The notes below the pieces were generated by a model that saw nothing but the letters and a program-made list of their open reading frames with translations, made no database searches and was not told the DNA's origin. A stretch of DNA of 64,000 nucleotides from Okamejei kenojei (Eukaryota), in assembly GCA_035221665.1 (NCBI GenBank), contig JAVHYY010000408.1:124001-188000 (forward strand), read 5' to 3'. A program made the translations under genes and the position numbers. Positions within the stretch are counted from its first letter, which is position 1, and each line of letters starts with the position of its first letter. Below, piece by piece: positions 63,485-64,000 of the stretch.

Positions 63485-64000
63485 CAGTTTTCCCCAAACA
63501 TCCATCATGGCGCACTTATATTTTTCCGCGATGATCCCTGGTGATGTCACAAATTTATCTTCATGTTGTGCACAGTTCGAAAACGAAAAGACTACGATTA
63601 ACGCCATTCGATTCATGGATTGTTGTTTTTACAACATGACTGTAACGAATACAGTCCCAAATGGGAACAAAAATAACATACATTGGATAATCAATACTTC
63701 TGATGTTTCCCTGACCAAAATAACGTTTCTAGATGTTCTTCCCTGCTCTCTGTATAGTCCGCTGTACCTTCAATCCAACGTTCGAGCATATCACATCCAT
63801 CTCGTGCAGCACGAAAGCGTATTCAGTAACATTTCTATTTCCCTAAACGCACACGGTAAACATGCATGTGACCCAAGCGAGGATTGATCCAGCTGTGGTT
63901 CATTCTGGTGTGTAATCTATAGTTGGTGCTATCAAAGTTTATACGCCCAGATTGGCTCATCATTGCCTGATTTTATTATGGACGTTTCCCTTTGATGGTC

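Larger units (their letters stand above)
1..64000 (-). repeat. Tandem segmental-duplication array, one GPCR gene per unit (exon 1 spacing 12.6-14.2 kb)
   Basis: Collinear blocks recur with the same unique sequence and the same TE fragments around each exon 1 and exon 2. Confidence 0.93.

Overview
Eukaryotic, repeat-dense vertebrate DNA, most likely a cartilaginous fish (skate/ray-like repeat content; inference). The window is a head-to-tail tandem array of a two-exon class A GPCR gene of the GPR139/GPR142-like type, all on the minus strand. The ORF track misses a 70-nt first coding exon (MHGPASGLVFAIYYPFLAIIGVP, donor C|GTAAGT), present five times (9814, 23448, 36066, 50256, 63420). It splices in phase 1 to a ~0.9-kb second exon present four times (17295, 32488, 40658, 59686). 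Gene copies are named here G0 to G4. G1 is intact (328 aa), G3 is intact except for a 2-nt frameshift after TM7, G2 and G4 are sister pseudogenes sharing lesions, and G0 has its exon 2 left of the window. The rest is nested transposon debris that dates the duplications, because paralogous empty sites lie in the same window: two L1 LINE copies, many CR1 fragments, Penelope-like elements with hammerhead-like cores, two Tc1 transposons, a complete DIRS tyrosine-recombinase retroelement, and two LTR-element remnants. Some stretches look like assembly consensus artefacts. Family assignments come from motif recognition only; no database search was run.
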